DNA of 64,000 nt, taken from positions 4,830-68,829 of the forward strand of contig CAZVHI010000003.1 of the NCBI GenBank assembly GCA_964627205.1, read 5' to 3'. Both the position numbers and the translations under genes were made by a program. How positions within the stretch are numbered: the stretch's first letter is position 1; each line of letters starts with the position of its first letter. The notes beneath the pieces were generated by a model. The model was not told the DNA's origin and ran no database searches. It saw only the letters and a list, made by a program, of their open reading frames with translations. This DNA is from an uncultured bacterium (GTDB lineage Bacteria > Krumholzibacteriota > Krumholzibacteriia > JACNKJ01). Below, in pieces: positions 28,655 through 38,331 of this stretch.

Positions 28655-31600
28655 ATGAAAAGCAGTCTCGGAGTTCCGCTCGTCCTGACCGCTCTCCTCG
28701 TACTGTTGGCGCAGGCTGGCCCGGCCCACGCCGTGCCCGCCTTCGGCGCCCGGCACCCGGCGCTGAGCCCCGACGGAACGCAGCTGGCCTTCAGCTGGCG
28801 GGGCGACATCTGGGTCGTGCCCTCGGGCGGCGGTCAGGCACGGCGCCTGACCGTGCACCTCTCCCACGAGAGCATGCCCCGCTGGTCGCCCGACGGCGCC
28901 GAGATTGCGTTCGTCAGCAACCGTCACGGCAACGCCGACCTCTTCGTGCTGGCCGCCGGCGGCGGCAGCCCCGAGCGCCTCACCTTCCACAGCGACGGCG
29001 ACTGGCTCTTCGACTGGAGCCCCGACGGCCAGACCCTCTACTTCGGGAGCCGCCGCGAGTCCCGATACGACCTGGTCTACGCCGTGCCCCGTTCCGGTGG
29101 CCGACCCAAGCGCGTGACCGGCGACTATGCCTTCAATGCTGCCGTCAGCCCGGACGGACGCTGGCTCGCCTACGTCCGGGGCTACACGAACTGGTGGCGC
29201 AAGGGCTACCGGGGACCCGCCAGCCGCGACATCTGGATCCGCGCCCTCGCGGGCGGCCCGAGCTACCACCTCGTCGCCTGGCCCGGCGACGACGACCACC
29301 CCCAGTGGAGCGCCGGCAGCGATGCGATCTTCTTCCAGAGCGAGCGGGACGAGGGCGTGAAGAACCTCTGGCGCCAGGATTTGCGCTTCACCGAGAACCG
29401 GGTGGAGCCCGGCGGCCCGCCGGTGCAGCTCACGCAGCTGCGCGCCGACGGCATGCAGTTCCTCACGGCGAGCCGGGACGGGCGTTGGGTCGTCTTCGAG
29501 TCGGAGGGCCGGCTGTGGCGGGTGCCCGCGAACGGCGGCGCGCCCGAGGCCATCGAGATCGACTGCCCGGGCGACGCGAAGGCCAACACGGTCACCCGCC
29601 GCGTGCTCTCCCGCGGCGCCACGGAGTTCGCCTTCTCTCCGGGGGAGAAGCAGATCGCCTTCGTCGTGGAGGGGGAGATCTACGCGGCGCTCGTCAAGGA
29701 CGACGAACTAAAGAACCCTGTGCGTATAACCAAGACGGACGCCCGCGAGAAGGACCTCGCCTGGCTGGGCGAGGACGAGCTGCTCTACGTCAGCGACCGC
29801 CACGGCGGCGACGACCTCTTCAAGCTGCGCAGCACCGACGAGGACGAGCCCCGCCTGGGCCGGAGCCGCTACCGCGAGGAGATCCGCCTCACGGACGACC
29901 CCGCCTCCGAGCGTCACCCCCAGGTCGCGCCCGACGGCGAGACGATCCTCTACCGCAAGGGCACGGGCTTCCTCTGGGCCATGGAGCCCGACGCCACAGA
30001 TCAGCGACTATTAATAGACGAGCCCGTGGTGCTCCACAGCTCCTGGTCCCCCGACTCCCGCTATATCGCATACAGCTACACCACCCTCGGCCACGCGGAG
30101 GACATCTTCATCCACGAGATCGATAGCGGCGAGTCGGTGAACGTGTCCAACCACCCCAACGACGACTTCCATCCCCTCTGGACCGACGACGGCAAGCGCC
30201 TGAGCTGGGCCAGCCGCACCGAGGACGGCTTCTACAGCGTCAAGTATCTCTGGCTCACGCAGGAGGAGGCGGCCAAGAGCCGCAGCGAGCGCGAGCGCGA
30301 GGAGGAGGCCGCCGAGACCGAGGACTCCGAGGACGACGAGGAAGAGGAGCCCGCGGTCGAGGTGCGCATCGACTGGGAGGACGTCCCCGACCGCATCCGC
30401 ACGGTGGCGACCGTGCGCGGATACTACTGGGACTACGACCAGAGCCCCGACGGCGAACACTACGCCCTGCGCACCGATGTCCTGGAGAACGAGATGGAGC
30501 TCTGGACGGTCGACTGGGACGGCGACAACCTGCGCCGGCTGACCACCGGCGGCAGCAACCCGCGGCGGATGCTCTGGAGCGAGGACAGCGAGAAGGTGCG
30601 CTATATCAGCGGCGGGCGAATCCAGGAGATCGAGAACGAGGCGGACGCGAGCCCGTCGACGCTCGGCTTCTCCGTGGATCTGACCAGTGATGCCCGGGCG
30701 CGGCGGCGGCAGAAGTTCCACGAGGCCTGGCGCCTGTTGACCGACGGCTTCTACGACGAGAACTTCCATGGCGTCGACTGGGTGGCCATGCGGGACAAGT
30801 ACGAGCCCCTGGCCGTCGAGGCCGTCATGTACGAGGACTTCAAGGACATCGTGCGCGAGCTGATCGGCGAGCTGAACGCGAGCCACCTCGGCACCTGGGG
30901 CGGACCCAGCAACGCCGAAGGCGACGACCGCACCGGACTCCTGGGCTTCACGCCCGATGACGGCCACGAGGGGCCCGGCGTCCGCGTCGCGGCGGTGCTG
31001 CCTCGCGGCCCGCTCGACCGCGAGGGGCGCCGTGTCGAAGCTGGCGAGATCATCCTGGCCATCGACGGGCGGGCGATCGCCGCGGGCGAGAACCACTACC
31101 CTCTGCTCAATCGCAAGGTCGGCGAGGAGGTGGACCTGCTCGTGGCTTCGGCGGGCGGGAAGGAGCGCACGATCACGGTGGAGCCGCGCGGGAGCGTCTG
31201 GTGGTACGCCTACCGGCACTGGATGGACGAGAACCGCGCCATGGTCGACGATCTCTCCGACGGCCGCCTGGGCTACGTGCACATGAGCGCCATGGGCGAC
31301 GGCAACTGGGACCAGTTCATCGAGGACGTCTTCAGCCGCGCCAAGGGCAAGGCCGGCCTCATCCTCGACGTGCGCTACAACAACGGCGGCAGCATCCACG
31401 ACCGGGTGCTGACCTTCCTCAGCCGCCGGCCCTACGCCTACACGAAGAGCCGCGGCGATCGCGACATCACCTACGACGCCCGCTGGCGCTGGGACGGCCC
31501 CATCGTCCTGCTAACCAACGAGCGCTCCTACAGCGACGGTGAGATCTTCCCCTGGGGTTTCAAGGCCCTGGAGCTGGGGCGGATCGTGGGCATGCCGACC

Positions 31601-31822
31601 TTCGGCGCCGTCATCGGCACGAACAACGTGCAGCTCATCGACGGGACGGTCTTCCGCGTGCCCAGCGCGGGCTGGTATCGGATGGATGGCCGTAACCTGG
31701 AGAACGGCCCGGTGATGCCGCACATCCTGGTGCCCGACGTGCCCGAGGAGAACCTGCGCGGCCGCGACGCCCAGGTCGAGGCCGGCGTGGCCGAGTGCCT
31801 GCGCCTGCTCGAGGGGGACTAG
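28655..31822 (+). CDS. Tricorn-protease-like S41 family peptidase (beta-propeller + PDZ + S41 domain), secreted
   Basis: Start at MKSSLGVPLVLTALLVLLAQAGPAHA (signal peptide). Repeated TolB-like blades (SPDGTQLAFSWRGDIWVV, SPDGAEIAFVSNRHGNADLFV). PDZ segment. C-terminal S41 motifs IVLLTNERSYSDGEIF and GMPTFG. About 1056 aa, the size of tricorn protease. Confidence 0.7.
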   Translation: MKSSLGVPLVLTALLVLLAQAGPAHAVPAFGARHPALSPDGTQLAFSWRGDIWVVPSGGGQARRLTVHLSHESMPRWSPDGAEIAFVSNRHGNADLFVLAAGGGSPERLTFHSDGDWLFDWSPDGQTLYFGSRRESRYDLVYAVPRSGGRPKRVTGDYAFNAAVSPDGRWLAYVRGYTNWWRKGYRGPASRDIWIRALAGGPSYHLVAWPGDDDHPQWSAGSDAIFFQSERDEGVKNLWRQDLRFTENRVEPGGPPVQLTQLRADGMQFLTASRDGRWVVFESEGRLWRVPANGGAPEAIEIDCPGDAKANTVTRRVLSRGATEFAFSPGEKQIAFVVEGEIYAALVKDDELKNPVRITKTDAREKDLAWLGEDELLYVSDRHGGDDLFKLRSTDEDEPRLGRSRYREEIRLTDDPASERHPQVAPDGETILYRKGTGFLWAMEPDATDQRLLIDEPVVLHSSWSPDSRYIAYSYTTLGHAEDIFIHEIDSGESVNVSNHPNDDFHPLWTDDGKRLSWASRTEDGFYSVKYLWLTQEEAAKSRSEREREEEAAETEDSEDDEEEEPAVEVRIDWEDVPDRIRTVATVRGYYWDYDQSPDGEHYALRTDVLENEMELWTVDWDGDNLRRLTTGGSNPRRMLWSEDSEKVRYISGGRIQEIENEADASPSTLGFSVDLTSDARARRRQKFHEAWRLLTDGFYDENFHGVDWVAMRDKYEPLAVEAVMYEDFKDIVRELIGELNASHLGTWGGPSNAEGDDRTGLLGFTPDDGHEGPGVRVAAVLPRGPLDREGRRVEAGEIILAIDGRAIAAGENHYPLLNRKVGEEVDLLVASAGGKERTITVEPRGSVWWYAYRHWMDENRAMVDDLSDGRLGYVHMSAMGDGNWDQFIEDVFSRAKGKAGLILDVRYNNGGSIHDRVLTFLSRRPYAYTKSRGDRDITYDARWRWDGPIVLLTNERSYSDGEIFPWGFKALELGRIVGMPTFGAVIGTNNVQLIDGTVFRVPSAGWYRMDGRNLENGPVMPHILVPDVPEENLRGRDAQVEAGVAECLRLLEGD

Positions 31823-31898
31823 GCGGGGACGGTCGAGGTGTTCTGAGCCTGGACCGCAGGGTTGCCAGAATCTCGGGTTCGACCTATGCTCGCCCGCC

Positions 31899-33287
31899 AT
31901 GGAACGTCTCATCCACAAGATCGCGGACGAGATCGCGACGGCGGGCGGCAGCGCCTACTACGTGGGCGGCTACGTGCGCGACCGCATCCGGGGCCTGGCC
32001 AGCGAGGACTTCGACATCGAGGTCTACGGCCTCGACCTCGCTTCCCTGGAGGAGATCCTCCGCCACCACGGCCGTTGCGAGGCCGTGGGCCGCGCCTTCG
32101 GCGTGCTGAAGTTCAGCACGACCCGGGGCGACGCGGACTTCAGCCTTCCCCGCCGCGAGAGCAAGTCCGGCTCCGGCCACCGGGGTTTCCTCGTCGACCT
32201 CGACCCCAGCATCACCCCCGAGGAGGCCTGCGCGCGCCGGGACTTCTCGATCAACGCTATGCTGATGAGCATCCCCGCCGGCGAGATCCTCGACTTCCAC
32301 GGAGGCCGCGAGGACCTCGAGGCTGGCCGGCTCCGCCACACGAGTCCCGCCTTCGTCGAGGATCCCCTCCGCGCCTACCGCCTCATGCAGTTCGCCGCGC
32401 GCTTCGAGATGACAGCGGATCCCGGGACCCTTACCCTCTGCGGGGAGATGGAGCTGGGCGACCTCGCACCGGAGCGCGTCTTCGCCGAGTTCGAGAAGCT
32501 TCTGCTCCTGGCCGAGCGGCCCGGCCACGGCCTGGCCGTCGCGCGGGAGGCGGGGATCCTGGATTACCATCCCGAGCTGGAAGCCCTGGTCGACTGTCCC
32601 CAGGACCCCACATGGCACCCCGAGGGCACGGTCTGGGAGCACACCCTCATGGTGCTGGACGCCGCAGCAGCCCTTCGCAACGGCGACCGTCGCCGGGACC
32701 TGGCCCTCATGTTCGGCGCCCTCTGCCATGACTTCGGCAAGCCCCTCTGCACGCGCAGAAAACAGGGCCGCATCGTGAGTCCGGGGCATTCGGAGCTGGG
32801 CATCGAGCCGACCCGGCGCTTCCTGGGCCGCATGAGCCGGGATCGCGCCCTCCTCGACGAGGTCGAGCGCTTCGTGCTCTATCATCTGCGCCCCGCCGAC
32901 TTCTACCGTGTCCGCGAGCAGATCCGGGACAGCTCCATCCGCCGTCTCGCCCTGCAGGTGAACATCCAGGAGTTGGTGGAGGTGGCCCGCGCCGACCATC
33001 TGGGGCGAACCACGCCCGAAGCCCTTGCCAGCGAGTTCCCCGCCGGGGAATGGCTCCTGGCGAAGGCGGAGTCCCTGCAGGTGGAACGGGAGGCGCCGGC
33101 GCCCATCCTCATGGGACGGCATCTGCTGGAGCGAGGCTGGCGCGAAGGCCCCGAGATGGGAGCCCTGCTGAAGCAGGCCTACGAGGCCCAGCTCGACGGC
33201 GCCTTCGCGGACATCGACGGCGCGCTGCGCTGGCTGGCCACCCACGACCCACAGTCCCCCCTCACCCCCCCCGAAATGGACAACTGA
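31899..33287 (+). CDS. cca: CCA-adding tRNA nucleotidyltransferase with HD domain
   Basis: Pol-beta-type head domain GGYVRDRIRG...DFDIEV and RDFSINAM. C-terminal HD motif (LCHDFGK). Confidence 0.8.
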   Translation: MERLIHKIADEIATAGGSAYYVGGYVRDRIRGLASEDFDIEVYGLDLASLEEILRHHGRCEAVGRAFGVLKFSTTRGDADFSLPRRESKSGSGHRGFLVDLDPSITPEEACARRDFSINAMLMSIPAGEILDFHGGREDLEAGRLRHTSPAFVEDPLRAYRLMQFAARFEMTADPGTLTLCGEMELGDLAPERVFAEFEKLLLLAERPGHGLAVAREAGILDYHPELEALVDCPQDPTWHPEGTVWEHTLMVLDAAAALRNGDRRRDLALMFGALCHDFGKPLCTRRKQGRIVSPGHSELGIEPTRRFLGRMSRDRALLDEVERFVLYHLRPADFYRVREQIRDSSIRRLALQVNIQELVEVARADHLGRTTPEALASEFPAGEWLLAKAESLQVEREAPAPILMGRHLLERGWREGPEMGALLKQAYEAQLDGAFADIDGALRWLATHDPQSPLTPPEMDN

Positions 33288-33991
33288 TGCCGAACGCGCT
33301 GCTCTACCTCACGCAGACCCTGGTCACATTGCTCCTGGTGCTCGTCTGCTTCCGGCTGGGCAGGGCCTGGTTGACGGGCTACGTGGCCATGGCCGCCGTC
33401 CTGATGAATCTCCTCGTGATGAAACAGATGCGCCTGTTCGGCCTGGATGCCACGGGCGGCAATGTGCTCTACGCGTCAATCTTCCTGGCCACCGACCTCC
33501 TGGCCGAGCACTGGGGCACCCGCGATGCACGGCGCGCGGTGCGCATCGGCTTCCTGGGCGGCCTGCTCTTCCTGGTCAGCACGCAGTTCATCCTCCGCTA
33601 CGCGCCCCTTCCTGTCGACCCGGCTGTTCCCGGCAGCGGCGACTTCGCCCAGCCGCACATGGAGGCCCTCTTCGGCTTCCTGCCGCGGATCGTCCTGGGA
33701 AGCCTCACGGCCTACCTGCTCTCGCAGCATCTGGACGTCTGGCTCTTCGAGCGCATCCGCCAGCGGACCGGCGGCCGCCATCTCTGGCTGCGCAACAACG
33801 GCTCCACCTGGATCAGCCAGGCCGTGGACACAGTGGTCTTCTACGGGATCGCCTTCTACGGGATCTTCCCCATCGCCGCGCCGATCCTCTTCACCTGGCT
33901 GCTCAAGATCGTCGTGGCCGCCATCGACACGCCCTTCATCTACCTGAGCCACCGACTCGTCCCCGCGCGGGAAGGTTCGGGATCGGACTGA
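33287..33991 (+). CDS. yhhQ: Queuosine-precursor transporter family (YhhQ/DUF165) membrane protein
   Basis: Start MPNALLYL overlaps the cca stop (TGATG). LSQHLDVWLFERIRQRTGGRHLWLRNNGSTWISQAVDTVVFY matches the YhhQ-family pattern. Confidence 0.65.
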   Translation: MPNALLYLTQTLVTLLLVLVCFRLGRAWLTGYVAMAAVLMNLLVMKQMRLFGLDATGGNVLYASIFLATDLLAEHWGTRDARRAVRIGFLGGLLFLVSTQFILRYAPLPVDPAVPGSGDFAQPHMEALFGFLPRIVLGSLTAYLLSQHLDVWLFERIRQRTGGRHLWLRNNGSTWISQAVDTVVFYGIAFYGIFPIAAPILFTWLLKIVVAAIDTPFIYLSHRLVPAREGSGSD

Positions 33992-34081
33992 TAGGCATAT
34001 AAATAGCTCTATTGCAACGAATTATAAAGGCGAAGAAATCAGGCCCATGACCCCTTGACAACTAATTCACAAGCTTAGTAT

Positions 34082-34098
34082 GTTAACGCTCGTTAACG
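34082..34098 (+). promoter_or_regulatory. Direct repeat of palindromic GTTAAC hexamers upstream of the TetR gene, a candidate operator
   Basis: gttaacg-ctc-gttaacg lies 33-49 nt upstream of the TetR ATG in an AT-richer intergenic region. Confidence 0.35.
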
Positions 34099-34130
34099 AC
34101 ACTTACTGACCTGAAATTCCGATTAGGCCA

Positions 34131-34778
34131 ATGAACCCACCCAACAGAACCCGGAGCGATGGCGGACCCACTCCCCCGAGTCGCCGGGAGTGCCTGATCC
34201 AGAACGCTTGCCAGCTCTTCTCCGAGGCCGGCTTCGAGGGCACGACCGTCCGGCAGATCGCCCGCCAGTGCGGGATCACCGAGGCGGCCATCTACAAGCA
34301 CTTCGACAGCAAGAAGCACCTCTACGAAGAGGTGATCCACAGCAAGTCCCACCAGCACCAGATCGCGGCGCATCTCAAGGCGAAGCGCGGAGAAGGCGAC
34401 ATCGAGGGCGTTCTCTACACCGTTGCGCGGCACATCCTGGACACGGCCCGCAACGATCCCGAGCTGATCCGCATGCTGCTGTTCAGCAGCCTCGAAGGCT
34501 TCCGCAGCTCAACGCTCCTCTATAAGGAGTTCCGCCAGCCCTACATCCTCTTTCTCCGCGAGGAGCTCAAGGAGAGGATGGTTGCGGGCGAGATCCGCGA
34601 GGTCAATCCCTTCATCACCAGCCGCTGCTTCGTGGGCATGGTGATGGACTGCGCGCTGAACGTGGAACTGTGGAACAACCTCGAGAGCACGACCTACTCG
34701 GCGGAAAACGTGATGCACAACAACGTGCCGATCTTCGCCAAGGGGCTGAGGGTAGATGGATCCGCGCCAGGCGCGTAG
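34131..34778 (+). CDS. TetR/AcrR-family transcriptional regulator
   Basis: N-terminal HTH TTVRQIARQCGITEAAIYKHFDSKKHLY. 215 aa. Directly upstream of the cytochrome cluster, like the TetR-family OrfR/OrfS of Geobacter pcc clusters. Confidence 0.8.
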   Translation: MNPPNRTRSDGGPTPPSRRECLIQNACQLFSEAGFEGTTVRQIARQCGITEAAIYKHFDSKKHLYEEVIHSKSHQHQIAAHLKAKRGEGDIEGVLYTVARHILDTARNDPELIRMLLFSSLEGFRSSTLLYKEFRQPYILFLREELKERMVAGEIREVNPFITSRCFVGMVMDCALNVELWNNLESTTYSAENVMHNNVPIFAKGLRVDGSAPGA

Positions 34779-34796
34779 CGGACCCGAGCACGGAGG

Positions 34797-36218
34797 ATGA
34801 GAAGCATGAAGAGAATCCTGCCGGCACTGGCCGTCCTAGCCCTGATCGCAGCCGGAATCCACGGCTGCACCAAGGAGCGCGACAGCAATCCCTTCGGCAC
34901 GGGGAACGGCGACGGCGGCGAGGTGGACTGCCTCGCCTGCCACGGGGACGAGGAAATGCTGCGCGAGCTCTTGCCCGTGGAGGAAGGCCGCGCCGCGGTC
35001 TACACCAGGGGGGATGGCTGAGGCGGCGAGGTTCCCCCGCTGGAAGCGTGGGAGAAGGTCTACATCGGCGGCGCCAACGGGAACGCCTTCCTGAACGACG
35101 AGCGTCACGGCCCCGGCGCCCTGAGCTGCCTGAACTGCCACGGGAGCGAGAACACGGTCGGCGACTACGGCGAGCAGGTCGACATCCACGAGGGCGTGGT
35201 GAACGACCCCAGCGCCATCGGCGCCTGCGACGACTGCCACTCGTCGATCGCGGCCGCCACCGCGAACAGCCTGCACACGAACCTCTGGGGCGAGAGGAAG
35301 CTCATCGAGCAACGCGGTCAGTGCAACATCGCCGACTACGAGGACGGCTTCAACGCCAAGTGCAACGGCTGCCACACCACCTGCGGCCAGTGCCACATCA
35401 GCCGGCCCAACAGCGTGGCCGGCGGCTTCGTCAGCGCGCACAAGTTCCGCCCGACGCCCCACATGACCGACCAGTGCACGGCCTGCCACGGCAGCCGCGT
35501 CGGCATCGACTACCTTGGCGAGGCGGGCGGCGGCCTCGAAGGGAACGCGCCCGACGTGCACCGCAACCTGGGCTACCGCTGCGAGTACTGCCACAGCGCC
35601 GAGGAGATCCACGGCGACGGCCAGAGCACGAACGCCTCCGGCCACTACGAGCACCGCTACGAGGTGGCTACCATGCCCCGCTGCGAGGACTGTCACGGCG
35701 ACCAGCAGGGCGGGAACGACTACCATGGCGCCACGCACTGGGGCGCGCTCCAGTGCCAGGCCTGCCACTCGCAGCCCTACAAGAACTGCAGCAACTGCCA
35801 CCTGGAGACAGCCTGGGCGCGGGGCTTCACCATCGATCCCAGCGTCGCGATGCTCAAGATTGGCCTGAACACCCAGCCCGAGCTGCGCGACTACGAGTAC
35901 ACGATCGTGCGCCACGTGCCCGTCGCGCACGACACCTACGAGGCCTGGGGCCTGACGCTGCCGGCCTACGACGACATCCCGAGCTGGAAGTACGCCTCCC
36001 CGCACAACATCCAGCGCTGGACGGCCCAGACCGACACCACCGGCATGGCGGTGGGCGACGTCACCTGCGCCACGGCCTGCCACGGCAGCGGCAACGGCAC
36101 CGACAGCTTCTTCCTGCGGGAGGTCGACCTCTACGAGGAGGACGGGACGACGCCCCTGCCAGACTACGGGGCCAATCTGCCATACGTCGTGGCGGACGAC
36201 TGGCCGCCGGAGTTCTGA
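34797..36218 (+). CDS. Lipoprotein multiheme cytochrome c (about 11 CxxCH/CxxxCH motifs) with one in-frame TGA at 35019-35021; either a selenocysteine recoding site or a nonsense mutation
   Basis: Signal peptide with lipobox LIAAGIHGC and the first CxxCH (CLACH) precede the TGA. The same frame stays open through CLNCH and CDDCH into the ORF-track ORF 35196-36218 (whose GTG start is internal). No ATG/GTG/TTG start exists between the TGA and the CLNCH heme motif, and the downstream part has no signal peptide of its own. Confidence 0.55.
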
Positions 36219-36331
36219 TCGCTTTGCGGCCCGGCGACGGGTCGCGGGTCTGCGGCTGCGCTAGTAAGCGGACCCGAACGTCGATGTGAACGAGAAGGGC
36301 CCGGGAAGGGCCTAACAAAGGAGAGAAAGCG

Positions 36332-38215
36332 ATGCGAATGCGTTGGAGCCTTCTTCTGCTGCCCTTGCTGGCTCTGGGTCTGACGATGGGTTGCTCCGAG
36401 AGCACGACCCCGGTCGACACGCTCACCCCCGCGGAGCAGTTCGACGCCATGGTCGCCGCGGCGGAGACCTACATCAACGACGATACCCAGTGCCCCGGCG
36501 TGATGGCCGCCACCGCGCTGCAGGCGGACCTGGACAACTACACGGTCATCGACATCCGCTCCGAGGCCGACTACGACGCGGGCCATATCCCGGGGGCCTA
36601 CCACTCGTCCTTGGGCACCCTGCTCGCCGACCTCGGCACGCGGGCCATCCCCACGGACCAGAACATCGTGGTGGCCTGCTACACGGGACAGACGGCCGGT
36701 CACGCCAAGATCGCCCTGGAGATGCTCTACCCCGCCATAGACATCTTCAGCCTCAAGTTCGGGATGGCCGCCTGGAACGAGACGCTCACCGCCAAGTGGG
36801 ACAACAACTGCAAGGATGAGCTGACCAATCCCGACCAGACCGACGAGAATGGCAATCTCACGACCCACGACTTCCCCGGTTTCGATACGGGCGTGACGAA
36901 CGTGGACGAAGTGGTCCCCGCCCGCGTGGCCTGGATGCTCGGCGAGGGATTCAAGGCCAAGTCCTTCGACCAGATCAAGGACAACCTCGACGACTACTTC
37001 ATCATGAACTACTTCGGCCAGGCGGACTACCTGGGCCAGGGCGGCAGCGGCGTGCCGGGACACATCCCCGGCGCCTTCCAGTTCACGCCCTACGCGAGCC
37101 TGGGCAATGAGCAGATGCTGAACAACCTGCCCACGGAGCAGGACATCGTCGTCTACTGCTGGACGGGGCAGCACAGCAGCCAGGTCACGGCCTACCTGAA
37201 CATGCTGGGCTACACGGCCTTCAGCCTCAAGTTCGGATCCAACTACCTCTTCCACAGCGACCTGACCGGCCACAAGTGGAGCGCGGGCGCGACCAACGCC
37301 TTCACGCTCGAGAACACGGTCACGGCGCCCTTCAGCGGTATGGCGACGCCCGGCGGCGCCTACGTCAACGGCGGCACCTGCCCCGGCGTGATACTGGCCA
37401 CCGACCTCCAGGCCGACCTGGAGAACTATACGGTGGTCGACATCCGTGACGCGGCCGACTACGACGCGGGTCACATCGAGGGTGCCATCAACTCCTCGCT
37501 GGGCACGCTGCTGGCCGACATCGACGCGGGCACGATCCCGACCGACCAGGACATCGTCGTGGCCTGCTACTCCGGCCAGACGGCGGGCATCGCCAAGATC
37601 GCCCTGGACCTGCTCTACGACGACATCGACATCTTCAGCCTCAAGTGGGGCATGGCCTCCTGGAACTCCAGCCTCACCGGTCCCTGGGACGGCAAGACCG
37701 GCGCCAACGGCAACAACCTGGGCAACCCCAGCCAGGATGACGAGAACTCGAACCTGACCCGTCACGGCTTCCCGAAGCTGGAGGGCTACGACGCGGCGAC
37801 GGTGCTGGAGGAGCGCGTGGCCTGGATGCTCGCGGAGGGTCTCCAGGGCGTGCTGTACGCGAACATCGACCCGGACGACTACTTCATCGTCAACTACTTC
37901 GGCTACGACGACTACATGGGCCAGGGCGGCAGCGGCGTGCCGGGGCACATCCCGGGCGCCTACCAGTTCACGCCGGCCGCCAGCCTCGAGATGGACCAGA
38001 TGCTCTACAACCTGCCCCTGGACGAGCAGATTCTCGTCTACTGCTGGACGGGTCAGACGAGCGCTCAGATCACGGGCTACTTGCGCATGTTGGGTTACGA
38101 TGCATATAGTCTGAAATTCGGCTCGAACAACCTGTTCTACGACGACCTGACGGGCCACAAGTGGAGCGCAGCGCAGACCAACGACTTCCCGCTCGTCCCC
38201 ACGGCGCTGCCCTAG
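36332..38215 (+). CDS. Lipoprotein with four rhodanese-like (sulfurtransferase) domains arranged as an internal tandem duplication
   Basis: Lipobox LGLTMGC. Two roughly 300-aa repeats, each with two rhodanese modules. Active-site loops CYTGQTA, CWTGQHS, CYSGQTA and CWTGQTS. Rhodanese signature DIRSEADYDAGHIPGA. Confidence 0.75.
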   Translation: MRMRWSLLLLPLLALGLTMGCSESTTPVDTLTPAEQFDAMVAAAETYINDDTQCPGVMAATALQADLDNYTVIDIRSEADYDAGHIPGAYHSSLGTLLADLGTRAIPTDQNIVVACYTGQTAGHAKIALEMLYPAIDIFSLKFGMAAWNETLTAKWDNNCKDELTNPDQTDENGNLTTHDFPGFDTGVTNVDEVVPARVAWMLGEGFKAKSFDQIKDNLDDYFIMNYFGQADYLGQGGSGVPGHIPGAFQFTPYASLGNEQMLNNLPTEQDIVVYCWTGQHSSQVTAYLNMLGYTAFSLKFGSNYLFHSDLTGHKWSAGATNAFTLENTVTAPFSGMATPGGAYVNGGTCPGVILATDLQADLENYTVVDIRDAADYDAGHIEGAINSSLGTLLADIDAGTIPTDQDIVVACYSGQTAGIAKIALDLLYDDIDIFSLKWGMASWNSSLTGPWDGKTGANGNNLGNPSQDDENSNLTRHGFPKLEGYDAATVLEERVAWMLAEGLQGVLYANIDPDDYFIVNYFGYDDYMGQGGSGVPGHIPGAYQFTPAASLEMDQMLYNLPLDEQILVYCWTGQTSAQITGYLRMLGYDAYSLKFGSNNLFYDDLTGHKWSAAQTNDFPLVPTALP

Positions 38216-38331
38216 GAAGTCCGATCCCCGGCCTCGCGCCGGCGATCGTGGTTTAGGATTTGGCTATAGCTGTCGACGGAAGAAGGGGGGCTCTGCCCCC
38301 CTTCTCTCCGGCACAAGGATAGGGTGCAAGA

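Noticed and set aside
31884-33245. 453-aa minus-strand ORF antisense to cca
   Set aside because: Antisense GC-frame artefact. The plus-strand cca has clear nucleotidyltransferase and HD motifs.
35019-35021. Alternative genetic code (UGA read as Gly or Trp) as an explanation for the in-frame TGAs
   Set aside because: Many well-supported genes in the window terminate with TGA, including the GTGA/ATGA coupled overlaps in the trp operon. So UGA is a genuine stop here, and only context-dependent recoding (Sec) or mutation can explain the two in-frame TGAs.
34670-36289. 539-aa plus-strand Arg-rich ORF overlapping the multiheme cytochrome gene
   Set aside because: Alternative frame with extreme Arg/Gly/Pro content. 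The cytochrome frame carries about 11 haem-binding motifs.
36164-38158. 664-aa minus-strand ORF antisense to the rhodanese gene
   Set aside because: Antisense artefact of a GC-rich gene with no functional motifs.
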